Below, one piece after another: positions 53,281 through 64,000 of a stretch of DNA of 64,000 bases (its first letter is position 1; each line of letters begins with the position of its first letter). The stretch is from sequence record OR067838.1. One strand, written 5' to 3'. A program made the position numbers and the translations under genes. The notes under the pieces are model-generated. The model was not told the origin of the DNA. It saw only the letters and a program-made list of their open reading frames with translations, and searched no databases. The stretch comes from Escherichia phage KKP 3954.

Positions 53281-55956
53281 TTAGTCGTAATATTTCAAAC
53301 CTGTAATGAACTTCGATCCCCAATCCGCACTTGCGGCGGTGAACGTCAACATCCAAGTTGTAGCTGTACCAGTGAAGACCTCTCGTTGCACAATACCATC
53401 AGTGTGGTAAATGTCCACGCCAGTATGTCCATTCTTAGGAATAGTGAAGGTAACAGCACTGGTAGTGTCTCGTGCATAAGAACAAACAAATGGTGTCCCC
53501 GCCCAAACTGGATTTGTCATATCCCCCATCTCAAGCTGTGGAACCCAAGCAATAAGACCTGCCATACCATCTCCTGCGAAAGTGTCTGATCCACTTGCAT
53601 TCAAAGCTATAATCTCATAGGTTATAGATGCTTGTTTGGCAACTGTCACTTTGTGTAGAATTACACGATACCAACCATTCCCCATATCGATTATGTTTGC
53701 ATCTGCACCTGTAAATGTTCCAGCTACAAGATCATAAGTCCCTTCGTTAATCTCATCTCCTGAAGTCAATTTGAGTTTCACTTTAGTGATCCCATCTGGC
53801 TTCAAGAATACGGATGCCGCCCAGTGCTTACCTGCTGTAATATCAGAAGCTGTATTCACTGCTGATAAAATATGTTGTCCTGAAGTTGTAGAAGGTGTTA
53901 ACTTGTAAGTGTTAGCCGTAGTTCCAACCGGAGAGTTGATTGTTGATGCTGTGACTGTCAAGTTCGTCTTCAACCACGGGGAAGCTGTTGTCAAGTTATT
54001 GTTGATAAAGATATGTATACGGTTGGCTGCTACAACACGTCTACCTTGTGGAGTTGTACCAACATATTCTAAAGGTGCTACGGGAGCAGAACTCTCTGTA
54101 GGTACAAGGATATCTCCAGAAGCCCTGGCATAACGGTTACTCCTGTTGACCTTTACATCCGCCGGAATAGTTTCTTGCGTCAAATCATAGTCCATCACAA
54201 TCACCACAGCATTCACTGCGAGATAAGAACTATCTTCGGCAGTTACCACACCTTGATAAGTTGCTCTACAACCGATACGACAATCCCCATCAGCAACCGC
54301 TGTAATAACGCCTGTAACGGGGTCAACTGTTGCTACCGTAGGATCATTAGAGAAATACTCAACAACCATACCAGGTAAGCTTGCTGCCCCTGTTGGCGTT
54401 ATTTCTGCTACCATTGTTTGTGTTGTTCCTACATCCATCGCAGATAAGCTAGGAGTGTAAACGCTCAATGTTGAAGCATATCCTCCAGAGGTATCTGATA
54501 AAGTTGTTCCTTCAGCGTTTAAGGCTGTCATACCTGCATCAAAACCACCTTCTGCATGGAAAGTCATTAAACCAGTAGATGATATTGTCATGTTTGCAGG
54601 GGCAGAAGAAGTGTATTTAATATTGAAAAGTTTACCTCCTTCTGGGCTAACAGAATGTGTCAACTGTTTAGTTCCACCTACAATACAAATTCCTAAAGAA
54701 TCTGTAGTTAAGCCAGTTGCCAGAACATCACCCGTAATCACGGAGCTTGCTATTGGTGTGAATTTATTATAGTTTAGACCACTATTGAACAGATACGAAG
54801 CTTTCCCATCTTTCCAAATACCGGAATAATACATATCTCCATTATAAACGAAAAAGGTTCCTTGATAACCTAATTGGTTAGTAACATCCATATTCAGCGT
54901 ATGAACGCTTGTGAGCTTGTTTATATCCCAAGAACCCACTCCTTCAGGTTTAACTGGTTTTCCCACTTGGAGTGGATCTCCGCTCGCAGAATCATACCCC
55001 AAACCTAAGTTTGCAGTGTAGTTCTTACCAATAGCCCACAAGGAATTATTGATCCCAACGAAAAAAGAGTGGCGGCTTGGTGGAAACTTCCATGTTGAGA
55101 AACCTGCTGCAAAGGTATCCAGTTTAGTGTAGGTTGTTTCTGTATTAGATCTAACATATAAGTAGTTTACCATACCCGTGCCACCGGAGGTATCTCCTAC
55201 AACTATTGTCTGGGAAACTGTATTGATGTAATCTTTGACATACACTGTTTCAGTAGCGGATATCTTGGCATTGACAAAAGCTGTTGTTGTGTTATTATTA
55301 CCTGCTAAACCTTTACTAGCTCCACAAACACGCAAGGTTCCCACATTGTTGACATAAGAGCATTGGTTGTAACCTGCATCAAAAGCAACTGCTGCACTCG
55401 TTATTTGACGAGGAGTAGAAACTTCGTTAGTAGTACTTGCACCTAAACTGCCTACTGTGTTTTGACCCGATCCATAAAGAACGCCACTATTCATTAACCA
55501 GAGAGTGTTATTATATCCTCCCTTAACCTCTTTAAGATTGGCTAAAGAGATAGTCCCCGTTATTACAGATGGAAAGCTGGTCCAAGTAGTTACACATGCA
55601 TCCATACCACCTGCTGCTATAGATCCTACCAACCCTGCTGTCAATCCTGAATATTGCCATCCCCCACTATTAGTTTTAATAATAAAACAACGATCTGCGG
55701 TAAACACATCCGCTACTACAGTAGAAGCTAAGTAGAAATTATTGAATCGTGCACTACGAGTTCCATCTGCAATCTCACCAAAAAGGTTTGCACCTTGAGT
55801 AAACAATCTACCATCGTTAAGCAAAATTGCTAAACTACTGTTAGAATTACCAGCATTGTCTGGGTAATCTAAAGTGATTACTTTTTTAACAATACCCGCT
55901 GGCAGAGGAACGACACCAGTACTGGTCATAATAGTAAATATTGGAATTGGAAACAT
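53281..55956 (-). CDS. Large tail fiber / receptor-binding protein (891 aa)
   Basis: ORF track; Gly/Thr/Ser/Asn/Val-rich beta-rich composition; tail-gene context; SD GGAGGG; in-frame GTATAC at 54015 with no break. Confidence 0.55.
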   Translation of the reverse strand: MFPIPIFTIMTSTGVVPLPAGIVKKVITLDYPDNAGNSNSSLAILLNDGRLFTQGANLFGEIADGTRSARFNNFYLASTVVADVFTADRCFIIKTNSGGWQYSGLTAGLVGSIAAGGMDACVTTWTSFPSVITGTISLANLKEVKGGYNNTLWLMNSGVLYGSGQNTVGSLGASTTNEVSTPRQITSAAVAFDAGYNQCSYVNNVGTLRVCGASKGLAGNNNTTTAFVNAKISATETVYVKDYINTVSQTIVVGDTSGGTGMVNYLYVRSNTETTYTKLDTFAAGFSTWKFPPSRHSFFVGINNSLWAIGKNYTANLGLGYDSASGDPLQVGKPVKPEGVGSWDINKLTSVHTLNMDVTNQLGYQGTFFVYNGDMYYSGIWKDGKASYLFNSGLNYNKFTPIASSVITGDVLATGLTTDSLGICIVGGTKQLTHSVSPEGGKLFNIKYTSSAPANMTISSTGLMTFHAEGGFDAGMTALNAEGTTLSDTSGGYASTLSVYTPSLSAMDVGTTQTMVAEITPTGAASLPGMVVEYFSNDPTVATVDPVTGVITAVADGDCRIGCRATYQGVVTAEDSSYLAVNAVVIVMDYDLTQETIPADVKVNRSNRYARASGDILVPTESSAPVAPLEYVGTTPQGRRVVAANRIHIFINNNLTTASPWLKTNLTVTASTINSPVGTTANTYKLTPSTTSGQHILSAVNTASDITAGKHWAASVFLKPDGITKVKLKLTSGDEINEGTYDLVAGTFTGADANIIDMGNGWYRVILHKVTVAKQASITYEIIALNASGSDTFAGDGMAGLIAWVPQLEMGDMTNPVWAGTPFVCSYARDTTSAVTFTIPKNGHTGVDIYHTDGIVQREVFTGTATTWMLTFTAASADWGSKFITGLKYYD

Positions 55957-55972
55957 TTAAACCCTCCATAAA

Positions 55973-55997
55973 AAGAAAGCCCCTTTCGGGGCTTCTG
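55973..55997 (-). terminator. Rho-independent terminator/attenuator between the two fiber genes
   Basis: AGAAGCCCCGAAAGGGGCTTTCT hairpin plus T-run on minus strand. Confidence 0.55.
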
Positions 55998-58022
55998 CTA
56001 TCGTGTTACAACAACCATGTCCACGATATCACCCACACCAGGATACGTTAATTGCAAAATTGTTACTGCGTTAGCAGTAGTTGCTATTTCTGTATCATTC
56101 AGTGCTCCATAAGACGCATCTAGTGTAACCGTGTGTCCCGTTGTATCTTGAATCAAATAAATCATTGCTGAAAACGCTTTAGGTTTTGTAGAGCCAGTGA
56201 CACCAGGCCATGCTCCAACTGTCAGAGCGTCAGTTACTGTAACAACATACATATTGGAAGTTCCAGAAGGAGTCCAAGATGCTCCAGAGTTGGTAGTAGT
56301 TGTTTCAAGTTCCATGAAACCTGCTGTAACTCTAGTTGGTGTTATAGCTTCCGTAGGATCTGATCCTGATATTTCGATCCAGTTTCCATCAGAACGACCA
56401 TACGTCAAGCCGTCTTGAGGGGCTTCTGGTATACTAGGAAGAGTTCCTATAAGTGTCCACGTAGAAGAATCTGTTTTCTTAAACACTGCTCCAGTGGTAG
56501 TATTGAAGGCGTAATCATTGATAACACCGTCTCCTGCGACTGGATTAGTTGTTGCTACAAACCACTGTGCGCCGTCCTTACCGTTGGTCCCATCAATACC
56601 GTTGGTTCCGTTTGTTCCAGGATCACCCTTATCTCCTTTATCCCCTTTTTCACCTTTGTCGCCTTTAATACTTCCCATGTCAACAAAAGATGCGGAATTG
56701 GTGTCTTGATCGTAGGTATAGATGTAAAGATTACTAGTGTCTTCAGTTAAGTAGGCATCGCCATAGTTATTGTAAACAGGTAGAGCTTCACTGTTCGGAA
56801 CATGACCTTTAGCTGTAATTGATGTTCCTCCAAGACTACCAACATTCATCCATTCCGTAGCATCTTGAACCCAAACATACAAATCATTATTAATTTTATA
56901 TGCGTCACCTACTTCTCCAGTCGGAGGAAGTTCAGCTTCGCTGTTCAGAACCCCGATAATCTCTAAACCTGATCCTGTTGCACCCACTGGTCCTTGTGGA
57001 CCTAATTCGCCTTGTGGTCCTCGTTCTCCTTGCTCTCCCTTGTCTCCTTTTGGACCTTTAAGCGAGGCAATAAAATCTACTTCTGTCCCTTCATTACCAG
57101 CATCCAGCCAACTTTGATATGCAGATTTCCCTTCATCTCCATCTGTTCCATCTAGACCGTCTTTACCTGCCTCACCTTGTGGACCTTGAGGACCAACAAT
57201 ATTACCCATGTTGACCCAAGCTGTCCCATTGGAGACATAAAGATTACCACTGATAGAATAAGCTTGGCTTACGTTTTCAGAGTTAGGTTGTGGTAAGTTA
57301 CTTGTAGAAGGCAAATCCCCACGATAATCAAAACCATTAGCGTTGACACCAGGTGCACCCTGTGGACCTGTAGGACCAACGTCTCCTTTATCACCTTTTA
57401 TAGAGGCAAGAAAGTCATAAACAGATCCTGTATTACCATCTGCCAACCATACCTCGTAAGCTGATTTCCCTTCTGGTCCAAGAGAAGAAATAAGTTTCCA
57501 AACAGAACCGTCCCAAGCGTAAATCACATCACCTACGATATAACCATCCCCTGCAACGTTACCTGTAGATGGTAGTTCACTAGTGCTTGCTAATGATCCT
57601 TTAATATTAAGTTGAGCACCAGTATCCCCTTTCAAAGAAGCAAGCCATTGTGCTTCTGTTCCAACAAAACCATTATCAAGTGCGATCTGATAAGCCGATT
57701 TACCAGCTTCAGGTATTGCTTCTGACAAATCATCGATCTGTTGTTGCACTGCCGTAAACTTGGCATTGATAATTGCTATATCATCAGCGGTCCCAACACT
57801 TTGCCATGCAAGGGAAGAAATACCACCTGTGGTGGCTGGCGTAGAGTTTGCTGGAACTACTTTAGGAAAAGTTCCTTTCCATTGGTAATAATTCCCTTCT
57901 GCCGCTAACAGCAAAACTTCACGGGAATTACGTAATGTAAAACCTGCCTCAAAGCTGCGACGTTTTCGATAAGTAGCTTCTACCAGATCGGCTATCGCAC
58001 TATTAGGTCTTGTTAAATTCAT
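55998..58022 (-). CDS. Tail fiber protein with collagen-like Gly-X-Y repeat segments
   Basis: ORF track; several Gly-X-Y runs (GDKGDVGPTGPQGAPG; GPQGPQGEAGKDGLDGTDGDEG; GPKGDKGEQGERGPQGELGPQGPVGATG; GDKGEKGDKGDKGDPGTNGTNGIDGTNGKDG). Confidence 0.65.
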   Translation of the reverse strand: MNLTRPNSAIADLVEATYRKRRSFEAGFTLRNSREVLLLAAEGNYYQWKGTFPKVVPANSTPATTGGISSLAWQSVGTADDIAIINAKFTAVQQQIDDLSEAIPEAGKSAYQIALDNGFVGTEAQWLASLKGDTGAQLNIKGSLASTSELPSTGNVAGDGYIVGDVIYAWDGSVWKLISSLGPEGKSAYEVWLADGNTGSVYDFLASIKGDKGDVGPTGPQGAPGVNANGFDYRGDLPSTSNLPQPNSENVSQAYSISGNLYVSNGTAWVNMGNIVGPQGPQGEAGKDGLDGTDGDEGKSAYQSWLDAGNEGTEVDFIASLKGPKGDKGEQGERGPQGELGPQGPVGATGSGLEIIGVLNSEAELPPTGEVGDAYKINNDLYVWVQDATEWMNVGSLGGTSITAKGHVPNSEALPVYNNYGDAYLTEDTSNLYIYTYDQDTNSASFVDMGSIKGDKGEKGDKGDKGDPGTNGTNGIDGTNGKDGAQWFVATTNPVAGDGVINDYAFNTTTGAVFKKTDSSTWTLIGTLPSIPEAPQDGLTYGRSDGNWIEISGSDPTEAITPTRVTAGFMELETTTTNSGASWTPSGTSNMYVVTVTDALTVGAWPGVTGSTKPKAFSAMIYLIQDTTGHTVTLDASYGALNDTEIATTANAVTILQLTYPGVGDIVDMVVVTR

Positions 58023-58083
58023 TTATCTCTCCTATCATTAGACCATTCTATTGGAAGAAGAGGGGGAATCCCCCTCTATTCCA

Positions 58084-61000
58084 TTAGGTTGTTGGCACAT
58101 CTACTACTGGCGTTGGGCGAATAACCGCAGTATTACCTACAGAAACATTACTGGAATCATTAGGTATGGTTTTAATTCTAACTCCAGCACTTGTAGGCGT
58201 TACAATTGGATCTGCAATGTCTATTTTAACTGGGTTAGTCCACGTATCATTATCTTGATAAGGTGCACGAGTAATAACTGTGTCCAAATCTGCTCCACCT
58301 ACGCCAGCACCAGGAATACGGATACGTGTCCCTGCTGACAGAGGGTAATGATACAACCAAGAAGCATTTGTTGCTGTCCCGTTAGGAGTCAAGTTCTGTG
58401 TCAGGAAGGTATCTCCTGCCTGTGTAGCTCGAATACCGAAAGCTGGGATATCTGGAATATATGCCCCACTTGTTGTTACAAGGAAGAACGTATTATCCGC
58501 CTTGACTATCATATCACCTTTGTCAAACTCTTTCCCTGTTGGGAAATGCATTCCATCAATGTTTCGACTAGGATTAGGCTCTAAGTAATAAACTTTGCCC
58601 GTTGTCCCTACAATAGCTCCAATACCACCTGCGATATTGGTATACATATTAGCTTCAACATTACAGTTGACACGATGAATATCCGAGTAACGGCAACGGC
58701 TCCACTGTGGACGACCAGTAACCATCGTCTTGCCATCTGGGTAACAGTTTACGTTAACCATTTCAAGAACAGATTTTTCTCTACGGAAGAATCCATCATA
58801 AAATGTCCCTGGACCAGATTCAGGTTGACCAACACAATCGAAGATATTACAGGTAATGTTAGACATTGAAAGCCAAGAAGCTATACCGAACAACTGCAAT
58901 GCAGCGCAACGAATATTTTCAAAGCTAACTCTGTTTTCATAACCTGGACCAGCGGAAACTCCCGCAAAAACACGCCCAGTTTTGGTGTGAATGTTACGAA
59001 CAGAATAGTTAAAGCATGGATTTGAAGGTCTGCCCTGTGCCGGAACTACCGGATTACCTTCTTCGTCCAGAACTGCGTTAGTTCCCCACTCCAAATAAAT
59101 CATACGGATATTACTTGCAAGTGTGCTACCGTCTGTTTTAGGCTCTCCATAAACACCGTCAATCGTAAAATCTTTACTTCCATACATTACAACTGCGCCA
59201 GTTGCCAAACCTGTCCCAACAGATACAGTCTGGTCTGGATCGCCATGAATGTTTTCGATAGAGATATTACGACCAACTTCTACATGGACAATCTGACGAC
59301 AACGTTTTGCAAAAACGTTACGAATTGTAATATTCTTGCAATATTGATCATCAGGGATTCCGTAACCATATGGTCCTTTACCAGCTACACCGATACCGAT
59401 ACCCCAGTTGGACAGAGGAATAGGAGCGTTAGTCCCATCGATATTAGACAGGTAAATATTCTCAATCACACAACCATCGTCATAATGTTTATTGATGACG
59501 TTCAGTTCTATTGCATCACCTTGCATGTCCATGAAGGTAAGGTTACGGAAGACACCACGTGTTACTGGTTCCCCTGTTCCTTGTTGAAGGATGCCATACA
59601 ACCCGTTTTTAAAAATACAGTTATCAATTTCAAAAATACCTGATATTGGGTTGCCTTGGAATACCAAGCTACCAACTTGACCTGCGCGAGGAGCACCGTC
59701 CCACAAACAATCGAACATGCGCACAGCACCACCCCAATACATAACACGAGAGTTACGGAAAGTTGTGCCTTCTACTGTAGCATTTTGCACACGATAGTCG
59801 CGTTGACCACGGAACACACCCCCACGCAAAGTGATACCTTGAATATCAAAAGAGCTTGTCGTGAAAGTCATATCGCAACCGTAAGCATCGAGAATCTTGC
59901 TTTTCGAAGCTTTTGCTGCTAACAGTGCCGCTTGGAAAGCTGCTTCTGGTGTGGTATATGTTGTTGTGTTGTTAGCAAATTCTGACAAGTAGACAACATC
60001 GAATAAATCGTTGTATGTTCCACCACGAGGGGTTAACAGTCCTTCTGTATTGGTCAGAACCCATGCATTTGGACCTAATCCACCGCTTGTCTCCAATGTA
60101 TCAGAGGCCAAAATACTTTTTGGTAAACTTCCAGCCCAACGATAACGACCAGCACCACGTCCAATCGTCTGATTTTTAGCTGTCAGAGTTACGTTATTAC
60201 CAAAGCTTGTAGGCAAATGAACAAACTGTCCACGTTCAACAGCTAGTGCAGAAAGATCTACAGACCCCCCAGAATAAGTCATTACTCCAGAAACAGACAA
60301 GGATGTTAAAGTTCCTGTGATGTTAGGAGGTAATGTGTAGGAAGACTGTGCTACTGGATCATACAGAGCTTTAATCCCTGTTAACGATTGACCTGCTGTT
60401 GCGTAAGCCACCTCATCATCTAACAAACCATATTTACGAGCAATAGTTTGCAGAGGGACTTTATCCATGCTTTCTGTTAGTTCTTCCGTTTTTGTTTCTA
60501 AACTAACAAGACGGTTCTCTAGATTAGGATCTGTATCTGCTGAAGCTACGATTTTACCAATATAAGCAAAAAGCTTGTTTGGTAGTCCTGTTGCAGGATC
60601 GTGTCCCAAAGGTTCAGATAAGATGATCTTACTATCTTCTATACGGAAAGCTTCTCCCAGAACCTGAATAACACCGTTGATAGTAACAATAGCACTGTCA
60701 AAAATATAAGGAGGACTAATTACTGTTTCATAACCCGTTGCACCAGAATATACCCACGGGGTGACTTCTGTTGCTAATTGTTCTGTTTTCAGTCCCCACA
60801 ATACCCAGTTATTATCCCCTACTGGAGAATACCTTGCATAGGGATTGGGTTTACCAATGTAGCATTAGGAGCATAATAATAACCGCTCAATACCCCATTC
60901 TGGAAATAACGCAGTTGGTTAAAAACCGTTTCATTTGTGCCTTGCGCCCAATCCAATGGACTTTTAAAGAAAAAGTTGTCAACAAGGGCTTTTCTCAGGG

Positions 61001-61139
61001 TTGGTATCAACCCTGATTCTGTTTCAATACTCTCTGTAGCACTTCCATTAATAACATCATGGAGTTGGTTAGACGAGAAAATAACCAGATCTACGCCCTG
61101 TTCAAGAGACGTTGCTGGATATGTTGGGAATGTTGCCAT
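58084..61139 (-). CDS. Tailspike-like protein (probable beta-helix body), annotated as one gene from track ORFs 60819..61139 (106 aa) and 58084..60801 (905 aa)
   Basis: The 106-aa ORF has SD+ATG; the 905-aa ORF begins on TTG with no SD, 17 nt after the TAG and in the -1 frame, which is open back to 60864; composition fits tailspike/depolymerase proteins. Confidence 0.45.
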
Positions 61140-61142
61140 TAA

Positions 61143-61478
61143 TTACCCCTTATTCTGTATACGTTTAACTATGTCATCTAGCATCATTTGAATAGTAGCA
61201 TTCTTGAGGTCCATAATCTTTTCAATCTTTTGCTCAAGAGTGTTATTATTTGCCATTAATGTAGAGTTAATTTGATTTAGCATCTGGGTAAGTTCGGCTT
61301 TAGTTGCATAAGTTGATTCAACAAAGACCAACTTCTTCTCTAGCTCTCGACTTTTCTCCTCCATTTCCTCAAGATCAGAGCCGAATTTATCCATTTTTTG
61401 TTTGAAAAAGAACCAGATGACTCCGATTAAAGGGATGATTGCATCCTTTGCAAGTCCCCATGCTTCTTGAAATTCCAT
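61143..61478 (-). CDS. Small protein with N-terminal TM segment and coiled coil (tail-associated)
   Basis: ORF track; hydrophobic AIIPLIGVIWFFF then heptad-like region. Confidence 0.5.
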   Translation of the reverse strand: MEFQEAWGLAKDAIIPLIGVIWFFFKQKMDKFGSDLEEMEEKSRELEKKLVFVESTYATKAELTQMLNQINSTLMANNNTLEQKIEKIMDLKNATIQMMLDDIVKRIQNKG

Positions 61479-61487
61479 AGTGATCCC

Positions 61488-62033
61488 TTATTCCGTCGGT
61501 AATGTAGGCCAATCTATAGCGTAAGGATAGTTTTTTTGAAGCGGAACACGGTTTAGTTTAACCACATAAACTTGAAGATTTTTAAGATAAGTTAATTCAT
61601 CTTCAGTAGCCATTTCTAAATCTTTAGCATATTGTAAAGGTGTTATAAGTGCTACCGCTGTTTCTTGTAAAGAGCGAATCTTTGCACTAGCTTGTGTCAT
61701 CAACTCTTCACGGGAATACTCTTTATCCTTAAGAGTTAAGGTTTCTAAATCCAAAACCTTGTTCCTAATATCCTCAAAAGTATCTATATTAAAGTCTACT
61801 TGTGCTATAGAAAGATCTTCAGGGCAAAGTAGTGTAGGATCAGTATTCCAAAACACAATACGATTTTGATCATCAAAAACGACTTTCATTTTGTCGTTAT
61901 TGAATTCTGTGCTACGTAAATCATACCAATCGTAACCTTGATCACAACGAAGGAAAAGAATGTTCTCTGCTTCTACCAATTCTTTTAGTTCAGGATCTTC
62001 AGGAATATACTTTTTAAAATTTGTAAATATCAT
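61488..62033 (-). CDS. Hypothetical tail-associated protein
   Basis: ORF track; tail-module context. Confidence 0.5.
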   Translation of the reverse strand: MIFTNFKKYIPEDPELKELVEAENILFLRCDQGYDWYDLRSTEFNNDKMKVVFDDQNRIVFWNTDPTLLCPEDLSIAQVDFNIDTFEDIRNKVLDLETLTLKDKEYSREELMTQASAKIRSLQETAVALITPLQYAKDLEMATEDELTYLKNLQVYVVKLNRVPLQKNYPYAIDWPTLPTE

Positions 62034-63095
62034 TTAGCCTCCAATATCATACCAGTTTCCGTTAACGTTGCGCTGGAGGCGTTTGAAGTAAACCCCACCA
62101 ATGTTATCCGCAGAACTACGACCTGTTTCCTGAACAATAATACCAGAAAGAACATAACCAGAAGAACAGATATAAGTCCAAGAAACTTCGTTCCCTGGTG
62201 GATAATACACACCTTGGCTAGTATAACGAATATCTCTTACAAAGGTTCCATTAGCATAGTTGTAGTTATTTGTAATCTGATTTTGATGATTACTTTCTAC
62301 ATTGTTTATACGGGAAGAGAGGTTGCTGTTAACACTATTCAGGTTGTTTTGAACAGTGTTAATATTCGTCTGCAATGTGTTCTGAAGAGAAGTCAAACGA
62401 GAATTCAGATAATCTAAGCGAACCAAGGCATTTCCGTTAGAAGTGTCTTGTCCATTGTTTGATCTTGGATTATCTATTAGAACATAACCTGCATCATATA
62501 AACGAACACCTGCGGCTACACTACCTGTGCTAGGATTTCTACGATAAATATAAAGCTGACCTCCACTTTGGTATTCGGCAGAAATCTCACCATTAGTCTG
62601 TCCTGCAAAGTTCTTGAAAAACAGGGTTGCAGGATCTGTTGTGGAAATACCATTAACATAAACATCACCACCATAAATAGCACCACCTGCATCACGTTTT
62701 ACCAACACATTTGGTGTTACTATTGAACTAGTAGCATCTGTAATGTTTGCCGATAAGTGATTATGACTGTTGTCTTGAACTTGGATAGATAAAGTAACTT
62801 CTTTATTACCATTCCAAGTAGCTTCACCAGTAGCATCACCTGCCATTGTAATCTTAGTTCCAACTAAAGGCAAGTAAGTATCAGGTAAAGTTGGAAGAAA
62901 GTCATCCACCAAATAGCGAATCCATAAACCGATATTATTAAGAATCCAGTTCATTTCTTCGCAAGTCATGATTTGACCATAATCCATACCAACTGTGCGG
63001 ATGGTTTCTTTAGGTCTAATTTTGTTTGTGTTTAAAGTTCCTGGGAGCGTTACAGTTTGTGTAGCCCAGTCAGGATAATATATTGGCTTCGCCAT
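62034..63095 (-). CDS. Tail fiber / baseplate-associated fiber protein (353 aa)
   Basis: ORF track; Asn/Ser/Thr-rich with coiled-coil segment (LDYLNSRLTSLQNTLQTNINTVQNNL). Confidence 0.55.
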   Translation of the reverse strand: MAKPIYYPDWATQTVTLPGTLNTNKIRPKETIRTVGMDYGQIMTCEEMNWILNNIGLWIRYLVDDFLPTLPDTYLPLVGTKITMAGDATGEATWNGNKEVTLSIQVQDNSHNHLSANITDATSSIVTPNVLVKRDAGGAIYGGDVYVNGISTTDPATLFFKNFAGQTNGEISAEYQSGGQLYIYRRNPSTGSVAAGVRLYDAGYVLIDNPRSNNGQDTSNGNALVRLDYLNSRLTSLQNTLQTNINTVQNNLNSVNSNLSSRINNVESNHQNQITNNYNYANGTFVRDIRYTSQGVYYPPGNEVSWTYICSSGYVLSGIIVQETGRSSADNIGGVYFKRLQRNVNGNWYDIGG

Positions 63096-63104
63096 TTAAA
63101 CTCC

Positions 63105-63734
63105 TTAATCTATTTGCTTGAGAAGCGTATACATGCGTCCTGTTTCATCCCCAGTAGATTCCATGTATAGGGAACCTAAACCACCAATACCATGAGGCGG
63201 TTTGGTAGCATAATAAGAACTAAAACCAAAAGCTGATCCTGCTTTTGCTCCAAGACGGTAGCTACTAATAATAGGGAAAACACTTAGCAACTGTTCTAAA
63301 GCTTGATCAGATTGAAGACACAGGTTGTAGAAAAACACATCAAAGGTTTTATTCAAACCTACGTAAGTATTAAGCGTTTCACGCTCTGTTCCTGTGAAAC
63401 GGGCGAAGATATCAATTATGTCACCACGAGTCCCCGATGAGGCTACGCGGTAAGCCCTGATTTTTAATATTGTTCTATACTCTTCATCATCAGAGCCATT
63501 ACGTTCGATCCCCATTTCTTCTCCTAAGATATCTAGGTATTTGCCTGTGGCTGTGGAGATCAAGCGGTGTTTAGCAAGATAGATCATTGCCTGATCTATC
63601 TTTTGCTTTTCACTGGATACGATGTAGAGGAGCTTGACAATGTTAGGAGAAGATTTAAAATCTTCAATCAGAAGGTTTTTAACGTCTTCATTGATACTGG
63701 CCCAAGTTGTTACATGGTCAACACTCACTGCCAT
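63105..63734 (-). CDS. Tail/baseplate structural protein (hypothetical)
   Basis: ORF track; tail-module context. Confidence 0.5.
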   Translation of the reverse strand: MAVSVDHVTTWASINEDVKNLLIEDFKSSPNIVKLLYIVSSEKQKIDQAMIYLAKHRLISTATGKYLDILGEEMGIERNGSDDEEYRTILKIRAYRVASSGTRGDIIDIFARFTGTERETLNTYVGLNKTFDVFFYNLCLQSDQALEQLLSVFPIISSYRLGAKAGSAFGFSSYYATKPPHGIGGLGSLYMESTGDETGRMYTLLKQID

Positions 63735-63736
63735 TT

Positions 63737-64000
63737 TTACACTCCATACTCGTAAGAAATGTTATCAAGGTCAAAAGAAGGGACAACATTATAAGCAGGA
63801 ACTATATTATTCTCTGTATATTTACTGTCATCCTCAGTATTAAGTTTAACATAAACACGAAGAGAAGTCAAGCGTCCAAAAGCAAGTGCTGCATAAATAA
63901 CACCTTTGATTTGATCGTTCGTTACTGAAGAACCTAATTCAAAGTAAGCTTGCAGGTTTTGTAAAGCTTCTACAATGTTTTGTTTTTCTGTTCCACTTAA
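63737..64000 (-). CDS. C-terminal part of a minus-strand gene continuing beyond the window end (partial)
   Basis: Frame checked by hand as open from the stop at 63737-63739 to position 64000; absent from ORF track because it has no start inside the window. Confidence 0.45.
   Translation of the reverse strand, partial: LSGTEKQNIVEALQNLQAYFELGSSVTNDQIKGVIYAALAFGRLTSLRVYVKLNTEDDSKYTENNIVPAYNVVPSFDLDNISYEYGV

Noticed and set aside
1-64000. Integrase, repressor or other lysogeny genes, and CRISPR or toxin-antitoxin loci
   Set aside because: Nothing with recombinase, repressor or excisionase motifs was seen; the gene content (nrdDG, own polymerase, primase-helicase, dense early promoters) fits a virulent phage.

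Overview
This 64 kb window looks like part of a virulent tailed phage (Caudoviricetes) genome, AT-rich, with sigma70-type promoters (TTGACA / TAAGAT-like) suggesting a Gram-negative, probably enterobacterial, host; no integrase or lysogeny genes were seen. Layout: (i) 1-1100, non-coding T/G-skewed region with operator-like palindromes; (ii) 1.2-11 kb, about 30 small minus-strand early genes, nearly each behind its own promoter and a conserved GC stem-loop leader; (iii) 11.0-12.1 kb, a GC-rich island and an AT-rich direct-repeat region; (iv) 12.2-17.9 kb, a minus-strand cluster including a NADAR-domain protein, a Zn-finger/T5orf172 protein and a P-loop ATPase; (v) 18.0-53.2 kb, a plus-strand DNA-metabolism and replication module (UvrD-like helicase, NrdD/NrdG, T7 gp4-like primase-helicase, N6-adenine methyltransferase, family A DNA polymerase, SSB, LAGLIDADG endonuclease, secreted cell-wall hydrolase, four glycosyltransferase-like genes); (vi) 53.3-64.0 kb, minus-strand tail fiber, collagen-like fiber and tailspike genes. 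The two main findings are an apparently complete Ter-type stress-response cluster (HAD, PRTase, macro, TerC, SprT, TelA, TerY-like vWA, TerD) inside the phage, and at least eight single-nucleotide frame breaks of the same polarity, five of which sit on the palindrome GTATAC and two on homopolymers. The breaks are most simply systematic indels, possibly marking a modified DNA motif; genes they split are annotated as merged CDS. All family assignments are from reading motifs in the translations, not from database searches; start coordinates are approximate where refined by eye.
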